From Macrostomum lignano (lineage: Eukaryota), in the NCBI GenBank assembly GCA_002269645.1, contig NIVC01001279.1:1-64000 (forward strand): a DNA stretch of 64,000 bases, written 5' to 3'. The notes under the pieces are model-generated. The model worked only from the letters and a program-made list of their open reading frames with translations. It made no database searches and was not told where the DNA came from. This document shows, piece by piece, positions 37,741 to 51,035 of this stretch. Both the position numbers and the translations under genes were made by a program. The first letter of the stretch is position 1; each line of letters opens with the position of its first letter.

Positions 37741-38489
37741 GGCAACTTTAAAATCTAGGAAAAAACAAAATTCTATGATGCAACTGGCACTTGTGCCGTA
37801 AAGAGCAAATGACAACAAAGACGAAATTTTCAGAGAAAGTGGAATATTCAAAAGAAAATTTAAATAGTTTACTTAATTTTTGACTAAAAAAGGAATTACT
37901 ACTATAAGGAAATCTAAAGACATTGAAAAACCTTTTCGCTAAATTGAAAACAAAGGCAAACTCTGAATATTAACATAAATTACAAGGATTATGCTCGTGA
38001 GAGTAAACGTAAGTAAGGAATTATTTATTATCCAGACGCTACTTTAAATTATAAAAAATTGAAAAAAGTGGATGCCAAAATCGAAATATTGCATATGACA
38101 AGCAGGCGTAAATAATTGATGGTGCTGAAACCTACAGGCATAAATATAAACTAATTGGAATCACAATGGGCTAGGAATAAAAAAGAAAGATCGAATAGAC
38201 AACAGTTCTTTTTCTATAGAAAATCAAATTAATCTAATCCACGCGCATGAGAGACTGGACTAGTTCGAATAGAATTGGACGAGAGACACAAATACTATTG
38301 ATATTTTCCGGCAGGTTAATGGTGCTGGTGCACTAAACAGCATGAAAAAGCAAGTCGATAAGAAAAGAAAACGATTAATATCAGATCTTTATGGAGTAAA
38401 ACTAACAGTTTTTCTTTGCACAGGTTTAATTGTACTGCTCTACTTCTTTCCAAGAATTTTGTGTACATTTGAAGTGAGTCAATTAATTA

Positions 38490-39495
38490 ATTAGGAGCGA
38501 GTGTACATTGGGGTGAGTGGCTGGGGGCTGTTCGGGAGCGAGTGTACATTGGGGTGAGTGGCTGGGGGCTGTTCGGGAGCGAATGTACATTGGGGTGAGT
38601 GGCTGGGGGCTGTTCGGGAGCGAGTGTACATTGGGGTGAGTGGCTGGGGGCTGTTCGGGAGCGAGTGTACATTGGGGTGGGTGGCTGGGGGCTGTTCGGG
38701 AGCGAATGTACATTGGGGTGAGTGGCTGGGGGCTGTTCGGGAGCGAGTGTACATTGGGGTGGGTGGCTGGGGGCTGTTCGGGAGCGAGTGTACATTGGGG
38801 TGAGTGGCTGGGGGCTGTTCGGGAGCGAGTGTACATTGGGGTGGGTGGCTGGGGGCTGTTCGGGAGCGAGTGTACATTGGGGTGAGTGGCTGGGGGCTGG
38901 TCGGGAGCGAGTGTACATTGGGGTGAGTGGCTGGGGGCTGTTCGGGAGCGAGTGTACATTGGGGTGGGTGGCTGGGGGCTGTTCGGGAGCGAGTGTACAT
39001 TGGGGTGGGTGGCTGGGGGCTGTTCGGGAGCGAATGTACATTGGGGTGGGTGGCTGGGGGCTGTTCGGGAGCGAGTGTACATTGGGGTGGGTGGCTGGGG
39101 GCTGTTCGGGAGCGAGTGTACATTGGGGTGGGTGGCTGGGGCTGTTCGGGAACGAGTGAACATTGGGGTGTACAGCTGGGGGCTGGTCGGGAGCGAGTGT
39201 ACATTGGGGTGGGTGGCTGCGGATGGTCGGGAGTGAGTGTACATTGGGGTGGGTGACTGCGGGCTGGTCGGGAGCGAATGTACATTGGGGTGGGTGGCTG
39301 CGGGCTGGTCGGGAGCGAATGTACATTGGGGTGGGTGGCTGCGGGCTGGTCGGGAGTAAGTGTACATTGGGGTGGGTGACTGCGGGCTGGTCGGGAGCGA
39401 ATGTACATTGGGGTGGGTGGTTGCGGGCTGGTCGGGACTCGGGAGTGAGTGTACATTGGGGTGTGTGGCTGCGGGCTGGTCGGGAGTGAATGTAC
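38490..39495. repeat. 41-bp G-rich minisatellite (GGGAGCGAGTGTACATTGGGGTGAGTGGCTGGGGGCTGTTC)n
   Basis: About 24 copies; same family as 45315-46000. Confidence 0.93.
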
Positions 39496-40389
39496 GTTTA
39501 TTTAAGTGTTTAACAGCCTACTCGATGTAAATTAAATATACATTGATAATGAACCACAGTATCTGGGTAAATAAAATCTAATTGCAAAAATAAAAAAGCA
39601 TCGGAATGCACACAGGCAAGCATAAAATGATATAATCAAAAAAGAATTAAAATCTTTACCATACATTTTTAAGTAGCTGTTGTTTTCCTACATTTTCCGC
39701 AGCAGCAGCAAATAAAACATCGAAAAAACTCTTTAAACAATAAAAGCAGAAAACGAAAAAAATATTCCGACTCGAAGAGAAATTCCGTAAATAAGGACAT
39801 TAAAAAATAACAATAAATGTCAACTGTGTTCAGGTCAGCCGGATAGCGCGGATTATCTGTCATTTAAAAACAATAGCAGCTCTATTGTACAAATACGGAT
39901 CTAAGTAGTATATAAAAAGCATAATAGATGCTTTTAAGTATGTAAAGATAGCAAAATTAACAACATTTAAATATATAGATAAACAATACACAGACAGTCA
40001 GAAATGATAGCTGCAGTGCATCAGGATATAGAAATATTTACTAAAAGTACACAAAAGAATTGCAAATTTGCAAACAATTTTCTCACGACAGCTGGCATAG
40101 AGAAAGTAAGTAAAATTGTTGAAATTCAAGGCGCACTGAGGCGGCTATGATAGTGTCAACTGTTGCGCATCATGCTACTTATTAGTATCTATTTATAGCA
40201 GTAGTTTTAGACATTTTTATAAGTATTATCCGTAGAAATAATGAAAAATATGCTCAATAGGTTCATTTAGCCTAAGCCCAGCACAGCAACATTTTTTACT
40301 CTTAATTTTTAATCCTAATCTGGACCCACCAAAAATCTGAATTGTGCCGCATTTGACTGCATAGTAGCCTTATCTAACCTCCGTCTGAC

Positions 40390-40680
40390 TACAGACGTGA
40401 CCTTATTTGACCTTCCACCGTTTTACTACAGACGTGACCTTATTTGACCTCTCCCGGCTGATTACAAGCGTGACCTTATTTGACCTCTCCCGGCTGATTA
40501 CAAGCGTGACCTTATTTGACCTCTCCCGGCTGATTACAAACGTAACCTTATTCGACCTCCCCCGGCTGATTACTACCGTGACCTTATTTGACCTCCCCAG
40601 GCTGATTACAGACGTGACCTTATTTGACCTCCCTATCTGATTACGCACATGACCTTATTTGACCCTCAGTTTGACCTTAG
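40390..40680. repeat. 36-bp minisatellite (GTGACCTTATTTGACCTCTCCCGGCTGATTACAAGC)n right after the CRAL-TRIO gene E stop
   Basis: Direct reading. Confidence 0.85.
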
Positions 40681-40703
40681 CTATGAACTTATTTCCCTTG
40701 CCC

Positions 40704-43700
40704 TCACTTCATGACGGCTCCGGACGGTCCAGCAGAGGCCGGTCTGGCCGGCACCGGAGGCGGCGGTCGCTTGGGCGCCGAACCTAGCCTTCTAGGCGTA
40801 CCAGAAACGCCGCTAGCAACCGAGTCGCCAGCTGGCGCTCCAGTCGTCGTTGTTGTCATCAATCGTTGACAATTGTTCCAACGGAACCAAGCCTCAAGCT
40901 CTGGCCGGCGCATGTGCTGAACAAACGGCTCATAGGGCACGCTATAGTCCATCTGGCCGTTAAACGGAGCCTCCTTAGGCAGCAGGTTGGCGTCGACGCG
41001 ACTGTGCAGCGCCGTAACGCTATCACCGTGATTCTGCACCCGATCCACCAGCTTCTTGGACATCAGGGCCGAAGCCAATTTAAACGAGGCATTGAAAAAC
41101 TTGCCACCTTTGATTATATTGAGCGCTTTAACACGAACAGGCAGGGCCTTGTTAACCACGGCTCGGAATCGCTTCAAATAGTCGATGTCGAGCTTGCGCA
41201 ACTGGCGCAGACTCAAATCTGACAGATCTAGCAATACGGCAATGCCGTTCACCTGAGTGTCCTCCTCGTGTAGAGCAGCTTCAATCACTACGCCATTGGC
41301 TTTCACTAGCTCCGTGCTAGAGAATTTGGAGCAGTCCCAGCGGCCGACTCTGTACAATACTAACCGGCGACCTTCAATGTCCCTAACGGGTAGCAGAGAG
41401 ACCACACCGCTCTCTAGCAGAGGCAGCACACCGGATGGAGTGAAATTGGCGAATACGTCTGGGAAACTGTTGCGCACCTGCGGCACACAAATGAAAAGGT
41501 TTGTATGTTGATTTGGTAATAATGGAATGCGACTCATTCGATTGACTCAATCAACAGATCATGCATGCACTTTAGTGGACAGTGACCTTATTTGACCTCG
41601 TATTTTAGACAGTGACCTCAATTGACCTAACCTATCGACAGTGACCTCAATTGACCTAACCTATAGACAGTGACCTCAATTGACCTAACCTATAGACAGT
41701 GACCTTAATTGACCTAACCTATAGACAGTGACCTCAATTGACCTAACCTATAGACAGTGACCTCAATTGACCTAACCTATAGACAGTGACCTCAATCGAC
41801 CTAACCTATAGACAGTGACCTCAATTGACCTAACCTATAGACAGCGACCTTAATTGACATAACCTATAGACAGTGACCTTAATTGACCTAACCTATAGAC
41901 AGTGACCTCAATCGACCTAACCTATAGACAGTGACCTCAATCGACCTAACCTATAGACAGTGACCTCAATTGACCTAACCTATAGACAGCGACCTTAATT
42001 GACATAACCTATAGACAGTGACCTTAATTGACCTAACCTATAGACAGTGACCTCAATCGACCTAACCTATAGACAGTGACCTCAATTGACCTAACCTATA
42101 GACAGTGACATTAATTGACATAACCTATAGACAGTGACCTTAATTGACCTAACCTATAGACAGTGACCTCAATCGACCTCACTTGTACAAAATGACCTAA
42201 GTTGACTATACTTATAAACTCAATGCCCTCATAGGGCTTATCAAAAGACAAATTATTTTAATCGATCTTATCTAATTGACTTTATTAAAAGCTATCTCAA
42301 TTGACCTATCTAGTGAAAAAGAACTCAATTGATCTTATCTAGTGACAGTGACCCCAATTGAACTTATCTACTGAAAGAGACCTCAATTGACCTTATCTAC
42401 TGAAAGAGAACTCAATTGAACTTATCAAGTGAAAGAGACCTCAATAGACCTTATCAAGTGAAAGAGACCTCAATAGACCTTATCTAGTGAAAGAGAATTA
42501 ACTCAATTGACCTTATCTAGCGAAAGAGACCTCAATTGACCTTATCTAGTGAAAGAGACCTCAATTGAACTTATCTAGCGAAAGAGACCTCAATTGACCT
42601 TATCAAGTGAAAGAGACCTCAATAGACCTTATCTAGTGAAAGAGAATTAACTCAATTGAACTTATCTACTGAAAGAGACCTCAATTGACCTTATCAAGTG
42701 AAAGAGAACTCAATTGAACTTATCAAGTGAAAGAGACCTCAATAGACCTTATCAAATGAAAGAGACCTCAATAGACCTTATCTAGTGAAAGAGAATTAAC
42801 TCAATTGACCTTATCTAGCGAAAGAGACCTCAATTGACCTTATCTAGTGAAAGAGACCTCAATTGAACTTATCTAGCGAAAGAGACCTCAATTGACCTTA
42901 TCAAGTGAAAGAGACCTCAATAGACCTTATCTAGTGAAAGAGAATTAACTCAATTGACCTTATCTAGTGAAAGAGACCTCAATTGACCTTATCAAGTGAA
43001 AGAGACCTCAATAGACCTTATCAAGTGAAAGAGACCTCAAGTGACCTTATCAAGTGAAAGAGACCTCAAGTGACCTTATCAAGTGAAAGAGACCTCAATA
43101 GACCTTATCTAGTGAAAGAGAATTAACTCAATTGACCTTATCAAGTGAAAGAGACCTCCATTGACCTTATCAAGTGAAAGAGACCTCCATTGACCTTATC
43201 AAGTGACAGTGGTCCTATTGACTCCATAAATAGACGGGACCTTCGTTGATTTTAATGAGAGACAGTGACCTCAGTTGAGCCTCGCTCATCATCATCAGCG
43301 GATCAAAAACTGAAACCTGCACTCTAAATAACCCTGCTCAGTCTGAAGCTTGACCTAAAATGACACTTCAGAAAAACAGTGAACTGCTATAACCTCACTA
43401 TAAAACTCTGATACTGTATTCTAATTTACAATATTCAACACTAACCTGCAAATAAGCCCTAATCCTTTGATGCGCGCTCTCCACATTAAATTTTCTATGT
43501 CGAAGAAATTTAATTAAAAACGCATCGTCCGTTCGACAAAATCCGCGCAATTGAACGTCCTTAGTAACCAGATCGCGAAGGGCGGCTAAAGCCGGGCCCC
43601 GGGTAGAGTCGGTCTCGCCAAGCTCTTGAGCGGCTCTCTGGGCAGCGAGCGGCGACAGGCGCGACCCCACTGGCGGAGGCTCAGGGGAATTAGACGCGCT

Positions 43701-43727
43701 GTTCAACACTGGTTCAACGCAAAGCAT
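40704..43727 (-). CDS. CRAL-TRIO domain protein (alpha-tocopherol transfer protein/clavesin-like), gene E; exons 43727-43446, 41477-40704
   Basis: CRAL_TRIO_N: RTDDAFLIKFLRHRKFNVESA. CRAL-TRIO: LP.RD.EGR.L...RVGRWD, TQVNGIAVLLDLS.LS, ALPVRVKALNII, RV..HG, LLPKE...G. Phase-0 GT-AG intron. Confidence 0.9.
41575..43215. repeat. Two related 29-bp arrays (GACAGTGACCTCAATTGACCTAACCTATA, ~41575-42185; GAAAGAGACCTCAATTGACCTTATCTAGT, ~42290-43215) filling the gene E intron
   Basis: Shared GACCTCAATTGACCT core; direct reading. Confidence 0.9.
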
Positions 43728-43874
43728 TGTTTGAGATTGTGGGTTGGCTGGATGTCTGGCAAGTGTCACGATCTAAGTACTGCTGTGCTGAATAGCAGCA
43801 AATTTGGGTTGAAAAACTGTAAGGCACAATGAAAATTCATGCGATTCATATATTTAGTAGCATCGTTTGGTTGG

Positions 43875-44840
43875 ACAGGAATGTGGGGTTGGTGGGGGTA
43901 GGAATGTGGGGTTGGTGGGGTAGGAATGTGAGGTTGGTGGGGGTAGGAATGTGGGGTTTGTGGGGGTAAAAATGTGGGGTTGGTGGGGGTAGGAATGTGG
44001 GGTTGGTGGGGGTAGGAATGTGGGGTTGGTGGGGGGTAGGAATGTGAGGTTGGTGGGGGTAGGAATGTGGGGTTGGTGGGGGTAGGAATGTGGGGTTGGT
44101 GGGGGTAGGAATGTGGGGTTGATGGGGGGTAGGAATGTGGGGTTGGTGGGGGGTAAAAATGTGGGGTTGGTGGGGTAGGAATGTGGGGTTGGTGGCGGTA
44201 GGAATGTGGGGTTGGTGGGGGTAGGAATGTCGGGTTGATGGGGTAGGAATGTGGGGTTGGTGGGGGTAAAAATGTGGGGTTGGTGGGGTAGGAATGTGGG
44301 GCTGGTGGGGGTAGGAATGTGGGGTTGGTGGGGGGTAGGAATGTGGGGTTGGTGGGGGTAGGAATGTGGGGTTGATGGGGTAGGAATGTGGGGTTGGTGG
44401 GGGGTAAAAATGTGGGGTTGGTGGGGGTAGGAATGTGGGGCTGGTGGGGGTGGGAATGTGGGGTTGGTGATGGTAGGAATGTGGGGTTGGTGGGGTAGGA
44501 ATGTGGGGTTGGTGGGGTAGGAATGTGGGGTTGGTGGGGTAGGAATGTGGGGTTGGTGGGGGTGGGAATGTGGGGTTGGTGGGGTAGGAATGTGGGGCTG
44601 GTGGGGGTGGGAATGTGGGGTTGGTGGGGTAGGAATGTGGGGCTGGTGGGGGTGGGAATGTGGGGTTGGTGGGGGTGGGAATGTGGGGTTGGTGGGGGTA
44701 GGAATGTGGGGCTGGTGGGGGTGGGAATGTGGGGTTGGTGGGGTAGGAATGTGGGGCTGGTGGGGGTGGGAATGTGGGGTTGGTGGGGTAGGAATGTGGG
44801 GCTGGTGGGGGTGGGAATGTGGGGTTGGTGGGGGTAGGAA
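43875..44840. repeat. 22-24-bp G-rich minisatellite (GGAATGTGGGGTTGGTGGGGGTA)n upstream of gene E
   Basis: About 40 copies with G4-G6 runs. Confidence 0.93.
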
Positions 44841-45314
44841 TGCCGGGAGATCGAGTTAAAATTGGAGGAGTTGATGTTTTAGTTAAAACAAATTAAATGG
44901 TCTTACAGGAATAAATAAAAAGCTCCTTAAATATTATATTGTTTTATAAGTACGCAATAGCAAAAAAACTGTTTACAGAGATGCAATTTTGCCGGAAAAA
45001 TTAAAACATTTCTGAAGTTGACAAGGCAGTGGGTGTAACAATGTTGAATTAAAATAAGCTTACATTTTACTGCCATTATGAGCCTATTAAAGATCTTTCA
45101 AGGCAATGACAAAATTAACAAATAATTAGTACCGATAGTATAGAAGACAAAATGTTTAAATTTGAATACAAGTAATTCAATAGAGCACCTTCGTATACAA
45201 CAAAATTCAATCTAGTAAATTTGATCACAAAACAAAAAATAACGAAAGGCAGCATGGTTTTGATTGGCACTCAATTTCAGCACTGTTTATAAAAAAGAAT
45301 ATATCAACTGTTTT

Positions 45315-46000
45315 GGTCGGGAGCGAGTGAACATTGGGGTGGGTGGCTGTCGGCTGGTCGGGAGCGAGTGTACATTGGGGTGGGTGGCTGTCGGCTGGTC
45401 GGGAGCGAGTGTACATTGGGGTGGGTGGCTGTCGGCTGGTCGGGAGCGAGTGTACATTGGGGTGGGTGGCTGTGGGCTGGTCGGCAGCGGGTGTACATTG
45501 GGGTGGGTGGCTGTCGGCTGGTCGGGAGCGAGTGTACATTGGGGTGGGTGGCTGTCGGCTGGTCGGGAGCGAGCGTACATTGGGGTGGGTGGCTGTGGGC
45601 TGGTCGAGAGCGAGTGTACATTGGGGTGGGTGGCTGTCGGCTGGTCGGGAGCGAGTGTACATTGGGGTGGGTGGCTGTCGGCTGGTCGGGAGCGAGTGTA
45701 CATTGGGGTGGGTGGCTGTCGGCTGGTCGGGAGCGAGCGTACATTGGGGTGGGTGGCTGTGGGCTGGTCGAGAGCGAGTGTACATTGGGGTGGGTGGCTG
45801 TCGGCTGGTCGGGAGCGAGTGTACATTGGGGTGGGTGGCTGTTGGCTGGTCGGGAGCGAGTGTACATTGGGGTGGGTGGCTGGGGGCTGTTTGTGAGCGA
45901 GTGTACATTGGGGTGGGTGGCTGTTGGCTGGTCGGGAGCGAGTGTACATTGGGGTGGGTGGCTGTCGGCTGGTCGGGAGCGAGTGTAAATTGGGATGGGT
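45315..46000. repeat. 41-bp minisatellite (GGGAGCGAGTGTACATTGGGGTGGGTGGCTGTCGGCTGGTC)n downstream of gene F
   Basis: Same family as 38490-39495. Confidence 0.92.
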
Positions 46001-46300
46001 GGCTTTTGAAATTGGGTTGATACATCGAAAACCAAAGTAAATTCCTATTTAACATTTTAAGCAAAAATTATCAGATTCCGAATCAATAAATAAGCATTAT
46101 ACTCAAACCTAAGTCTCACGCAAAGGCATCAACTCGTCAAAAAATAAAATATTGAGCCGATAAAAATAAAGGTAAGGAATCGGTTAAAAAGAATACATGT
46201 AGAGAAAAATCCCACTAAAAGAATAGATTAATAATTTTTTTATCAACAAGACTCTGGTTGAATGTGTTCAATAGTTGCATCAAAAGGAAACAGCTATGAG

Positions 46301-49300
46301 CTAATTTTCCAAAAACTTCTGCTTATTATTTGCTTCGAACCAGGCGTCCCAGCGGCCAGATAGCAGGTCAAATCGGCCCTCTTTGAACGGTCTTAAGCGC
46401 AACGATTCGTCGGTATGGCTGTCCATAGTGCCGCAGAATGGCTGCTCAATAGGCAGCAGTCTGGGCTCAATAGCTTTGTGCAAACTGGCCACGCTGGGGC
46501 CGTGATTCAGGACTCGCTGCCGCATCTTGGCGGACAATAGAAAGCTAAAAATTTTAAAAGCAACGTCGAATATTCGGCCGCCGCGCATTAGATGAATCTG
46601 TTTGACGCGAACTGGCAAAGCTTTCGACACGACTTCTTTTAGGCGCTTCAAGTAGGAGTCGCGTTTCATAGTGAGAATTTGATGCCAGCTCAGGCCATGC
46701 AAGTCGAGGATTACAGACACCCCGTTTACCTAAGGCATTGGGGAGAGAGACTGTTTTTGATGCCAAGCCTCTTTTCATCATCGGATAAGTTCAAGCAATT
46801 TATTCAGCCTTTAAATACACAATTTATATCAAAGTACAATCCTCTATTCCTCTGTATACACCAATCCAGACACCCTCTTGTCTAGGCACCAAATCCAGGC
46901 ACCCTCGACACCAAATCCAGGCACCCTCTCGACACCAAATCCAGGCACCCTCTCGACACCAAATTCAGGCACCCTCTCGACACCAAATCCAGGCACCCTC
47001 TCGACACCAAATTCAGGCACCCTCTCGACACCAAATCCAGGCACCCTCTCGACACCAAATTCAGGCACCCTCTCGACACCAAATCGAGGAACCCTCTTGT
47101 CTAGGCACCAAATCCAGGCACCCTCTCGACACCAAATCCAGGCACCCTCTCGACACCAAATCCAGGCACCCTCTCGACATCAAATCCAGGCAACCATCTC
47201 GACACCAAATCCAGGCACCCTCTCGACACCAAATCGAGGAACCCTCTTGTCTAGGCACCAAATCCAGACAAGGTGTTCGGGTCGGGTTCGGGGTAGTGTG
47301 TTCGGGTTCGGGTTTCGGGTCGGGTATTGGTACCGGGTTTGGGGTTTTCGGGTTGTTTATATTTTTTACGAGTTGAAACGAAATTAAGCTTAAACGGAGT
47401 ATTTCCAGGTTTTTTTCGTGTATATTTAATTTTTTAAATCGTTATAAATATCATTCTAGTATGCTACCTTACCTTATAATGCGCAACAATTTACACAAAT
47501 GATAAGTTAAGGCTTCGTCAAGAATCTGTTTAGAAAACTTGTTATTTTCTCGCCTTTATTCCTTTGAAACAGTTAGTGATTCAGGCTATGACTTATAGTC
47601 AGATGAAGCCTTGAACGTTAGAGAACTTAGAGCCCTTGAAGAAAAGCAGATAATATAACCCTTTTGCAGTGTCTCGACATGATACTACAGTGTTACTTTC
47701 CAAGCGCGCTTAAAAATACGAAAAATAGTGCAACTGTTTTTTCGGGGAGAATTTAGGGTCGGGTCGGGTTCGGGTTCGGGTAGGGTGTTCGGGTTAGATT
47801 CGGGGTTCGGGGTAATTAGATCTTCGGGTTCGGGTTCTACCCCAAACCCGAAAAAATGGAAACCCGAACACCCCTAGTCTTGTCTAGGCACCAAATCTAA
47901 ACACCCTCTTGTCTAGGCATCAAATCCAAACACCCTCTTGTCTAGGCACCAAATCCAAACACTCTGTTGTCTAGGCACCAAATCCAAACACACTGTTGTC
48001 TAGGCACCAAATCCAAACACCCTATTGTCTAGGCATCAAATCCAAACACCCTATTGTCTAGGCACCAAATCCAAACACCCTCTTGTCTAGGCACCAAATC
48101 CAAACACCCTCTTGTCTAGGCACCAAATCCAAACACCCTCTTGTCTAGGCACCAAATCCAAACACCCTCTTGTCTAGGCACCAAATCCAAACACCCTCTT
48201 GTCTAGGCACCAAATCTAGCACCTTACCTGAGTCTCTTCCTCCTCAAGAGCGGCCTCCATAAGCACGCCAACAGTTCTGAGCAGGTCGGTTCGAGACACA
48301 CCATCGCAATCCCAGGCCCCAACGCGGCACATTACAAGCAGACGGCCCTCGGAATCGCGTTCGGGAAGCAGGCAGAACAAGTTCGGATAGCCCTCTAACA
48401 CCGCACGTACTCCGCCGGGGTTAAAGTTAGCAAACACGTCCGACATGGTGTTGCGTACCTGTTAGTCAAACAATTGCATGGCTGCGGTAGTTGCGAATAC
48501 ATTCGGTTGGGGACTAGGATCAATACAGGAGTCAAGATAGTGGACAAGACAGGGTCAAGTTAGTGGACAAGACAGCGTCAAGATAGTGGACAAGACAGGG
48601 GTCAAGATAGTGGACAAGACAGACAAGGGTCAGGATAGTGGACAAGACAGACAGGGGTCAAGATCGTTAGGACAGACAGGGGTCAGGATAGTTGACAAGA
48701 CAGACAGGTGTCAGGATAGTGGACAAGACAGGGGTCAAGATAGTGGACAAGGCAGACAGGGGTCAAGATAGTTGACAAGACAGACAGGGGTCAGGATAGT
48801 GGACAAGACAGACAGGGGTCAAGATCGTTAGGACAGACAGGGGTCAGGATAGTTGACAAGACAGACAGGTGTCAGGATAGTGGACAAGACAGGGGTCAAG
48901 ATAGTGGACAAGGCAGACAGGGGTCAGGATAGTTGACAAGACAGATAGGGGTCAAGATAGTGGACAACCAGACAGGGGTCAAGATAGTTGACAAGACAGA
49001 CGGGTCAGGATAGTGGACAAGACAGACAGGGGTCAAGATAGTAGACAAGGCAGACAGGGGTCAAGATAATGGACAAGAAAAGGGGTCAGGGCGGTGCAGC
49101 AGACGAGACTAAACTGGACATCGTTACTAATTACAGCGACAGGCCAACCCCTTAAAGATTAATTCTAGATAATTTCCTACGCTATTCTGTCAGTCATTTA
49201 CATGTGCAAATGTCTCTCTGACAGAAAAAATGTCATTCTAAAATACTCAGTCGCCTGAGTATTGATAAAAAACACGAAAGTTATATAACTGAGTATATTA

Positions 49301-50369
49301 AATAAAAAAATCTAATTCTAACTAAATAATAGTACAATCAATTATGCCCGAACAAAACAAACACTGATTAGGATCAGTGTTTATTGATCCTGACTGAGTC
49401 TATCCTGACTGAGCTGTCATTAAATCACCTTGGTTTTACCTGAATCACTGAGCTGTCACTGAGTCACCTTCGTTTTACCTGAGTCACTGAGCTGTCACTG
49501 AGTCACCTTCGTTTTTAACGAGTCACTGAGCTGACACTGAGTCACCTTCGTTGTACCTGAGTCACTGAGCTGTCACTGAATCACCTTGGTTTTTACTGAG
49601 TCATTGAGCTGTCACTGAATCACCTTGGTTTTACCTAAGTCACTGAGCTGTCACTGAATCACCTTGGTTTTACCTGAGTCACTGAACTGTCACTGAATTA
49701 CATTGGTTTCCACTGAGTCACTGAGTTGTTACTGAATCACCTTTGTTTTCACTGAGTCACTGAATCACATTGGTTTTCACTGAGTCATTGAACTGTCACT
49801 GAATCACATTGGTTTTCACTGAGTCATTGAACTGTCACTGAATCACATTGGTTTTATCCGAGTCACTGAACTGTCATTGAATCACATTGGTTGTACCCGA
49901 GTCACTGAACTGTCACTGAATCACATTGGTTGTACCCGAGTCACTGTACGTTTACACTATTGAAAAATTGACTTTCCAGCAAGATTAAAAAAACTTTCTT
50001 AATACCTTACCAGCTTACCTGCAAATAAGCTCGAATCTTCTGATGCGCACCTTCCACATTGAATTTTCTATGCCTCAGAAACTTAATAAGAAAGGCATTG
50101 TCAGTACGACAGCTCAACTGAGCGTCATTAGTAACCAGTTCGCGTAGAGCAGTCAAAGCCACAGCTCTCGTAGCCTCACTTTCACCCAGCTCATTGTAGG
50201 CACGTTTAATTGCTAATTGTGACAGATTCGAACCAACAACCTCAGCTGTGGGACTGTCAGGGTGCACAGGAATCGATGCAGGAACTTGAAGAGAAGAAGC
50301 GCCAGCACAGTCATCTACTTGGCTATTATCGGCTGGCTCAGTTGGAACAGAGTCGCCCTCATTTGACAT
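46301..50369 (-). CDS. CRAL-TRIO domain protein, gene F (paralog of E); exons 50369-50019, 48458-48228, 46729-46301
   Basis: RTDNAFLIKFLRHRKFNVEGAHQKIRAYLQ|VRNTMSDVFANF...LPERDSEGR...EEEETQ|VNGVSVILDLHGLS...ALPVRVKQIHL...LLP. Both introns are phase 0, GT-AG. Confidence 0.9.
46875..48220. repeat. 24-bp (CTCTCGACACCAAATCCAGGCACC) and 29-bp (TTGTCTAGGCACCAAATCCAAACACCCTC) arrays in gene F intron 2, split by a MITE
   Basis: Direct reading. Confidence 0.88.
47269..47876. mobile_element. ~600-bp MITE-like element with (T)AGGGGTGTTCGGG / CCCGAACACCCCTA ends and TTCGGG subterminal repeats (hAT-like)
   Basis: Left AAGGTGTTCGGG, right CCCGAACACCCCTA; AT-rich core; no clean TSD. Confidence 0.55.
48520..49090. 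repeat. ~28-bp minisatellite (GGACAAGACAGACAGGGGTCAAGATAGT) in gene F intron 1
   Basis: Direct reading. Confidence 0.88.
49390..49950. repeat. 39-bp minisatellite (CTGAGTCACTGAGCTGTCACTGAATCACCTTGGTTTTAC) in gene F intron 1
   Basis: Direct reading. Confidence 0.88.
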
Positions 50370-51035
50370 TGTCTTTCTATTGATAGTAATTAATTGTTTT
50401 TGTAAAGCTAGACCTTATAGTAAACCAAAGGAACTGTGTTGTATTACAACTGAAATACAAAGAAAAAAGTATAGCCTCACAGTTAAAACTTAAGTGTGAA
50501 TTACTACATGACTATAGAAAATAGAAATTGTACTTTTAATACATGTAATTATGCAACTGCTCGGTTACCTGACTGACCCAGTAAACCTGGCTAGGGTAAA
50601 TTGTGATAGACCAATGGTAAGTCAACAAATTGACAAGTTATTAGTTTGAATTTGATCAGTAAAATTAGCAAAAATGAATATTTTCAATCTGTTCTTAGGG
50701 TTTGCAGCCCAGTGGTTAGTTAGTGTTAGACAAGGGTGTATATGGCAACTCCCAGTCCTTGGACTAAACATAAAAATACCTTGTTATTACTGAAATGCTA
50801 ATTTCTAACATAGAAACTCATTATAAAATACAAAACTAATATATAATAAACTTATTTTCTTTCTTAACTAATCTTTTACACTAGATAGGCCTTATAACTA
50901 AATCCATGACAAAACTATAATTGTACTTTTTACTAGTTAACCTTTGCTGTTCCTAATTAGAAACAAACTTTTTATATGATAAATTCCCTTTTATGAAAAG
51001 AAAAACACTATGTTTATAGTCAATTACCTTGGTTG

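Noticed and set aside
38483-46064. Pro/His-rich 200-320 aa ORFs in several frames
   Set aside because: They arise from the stop-poor 41-bp and 23-bp arrays and are open in multiple frames on both strands.
28652-49155. Pairing the hAT-like end at 28652 with GGCCAACCCC near 49142
   Set aside because: Only a partial match 20 kb away across many genes, with no TSD.
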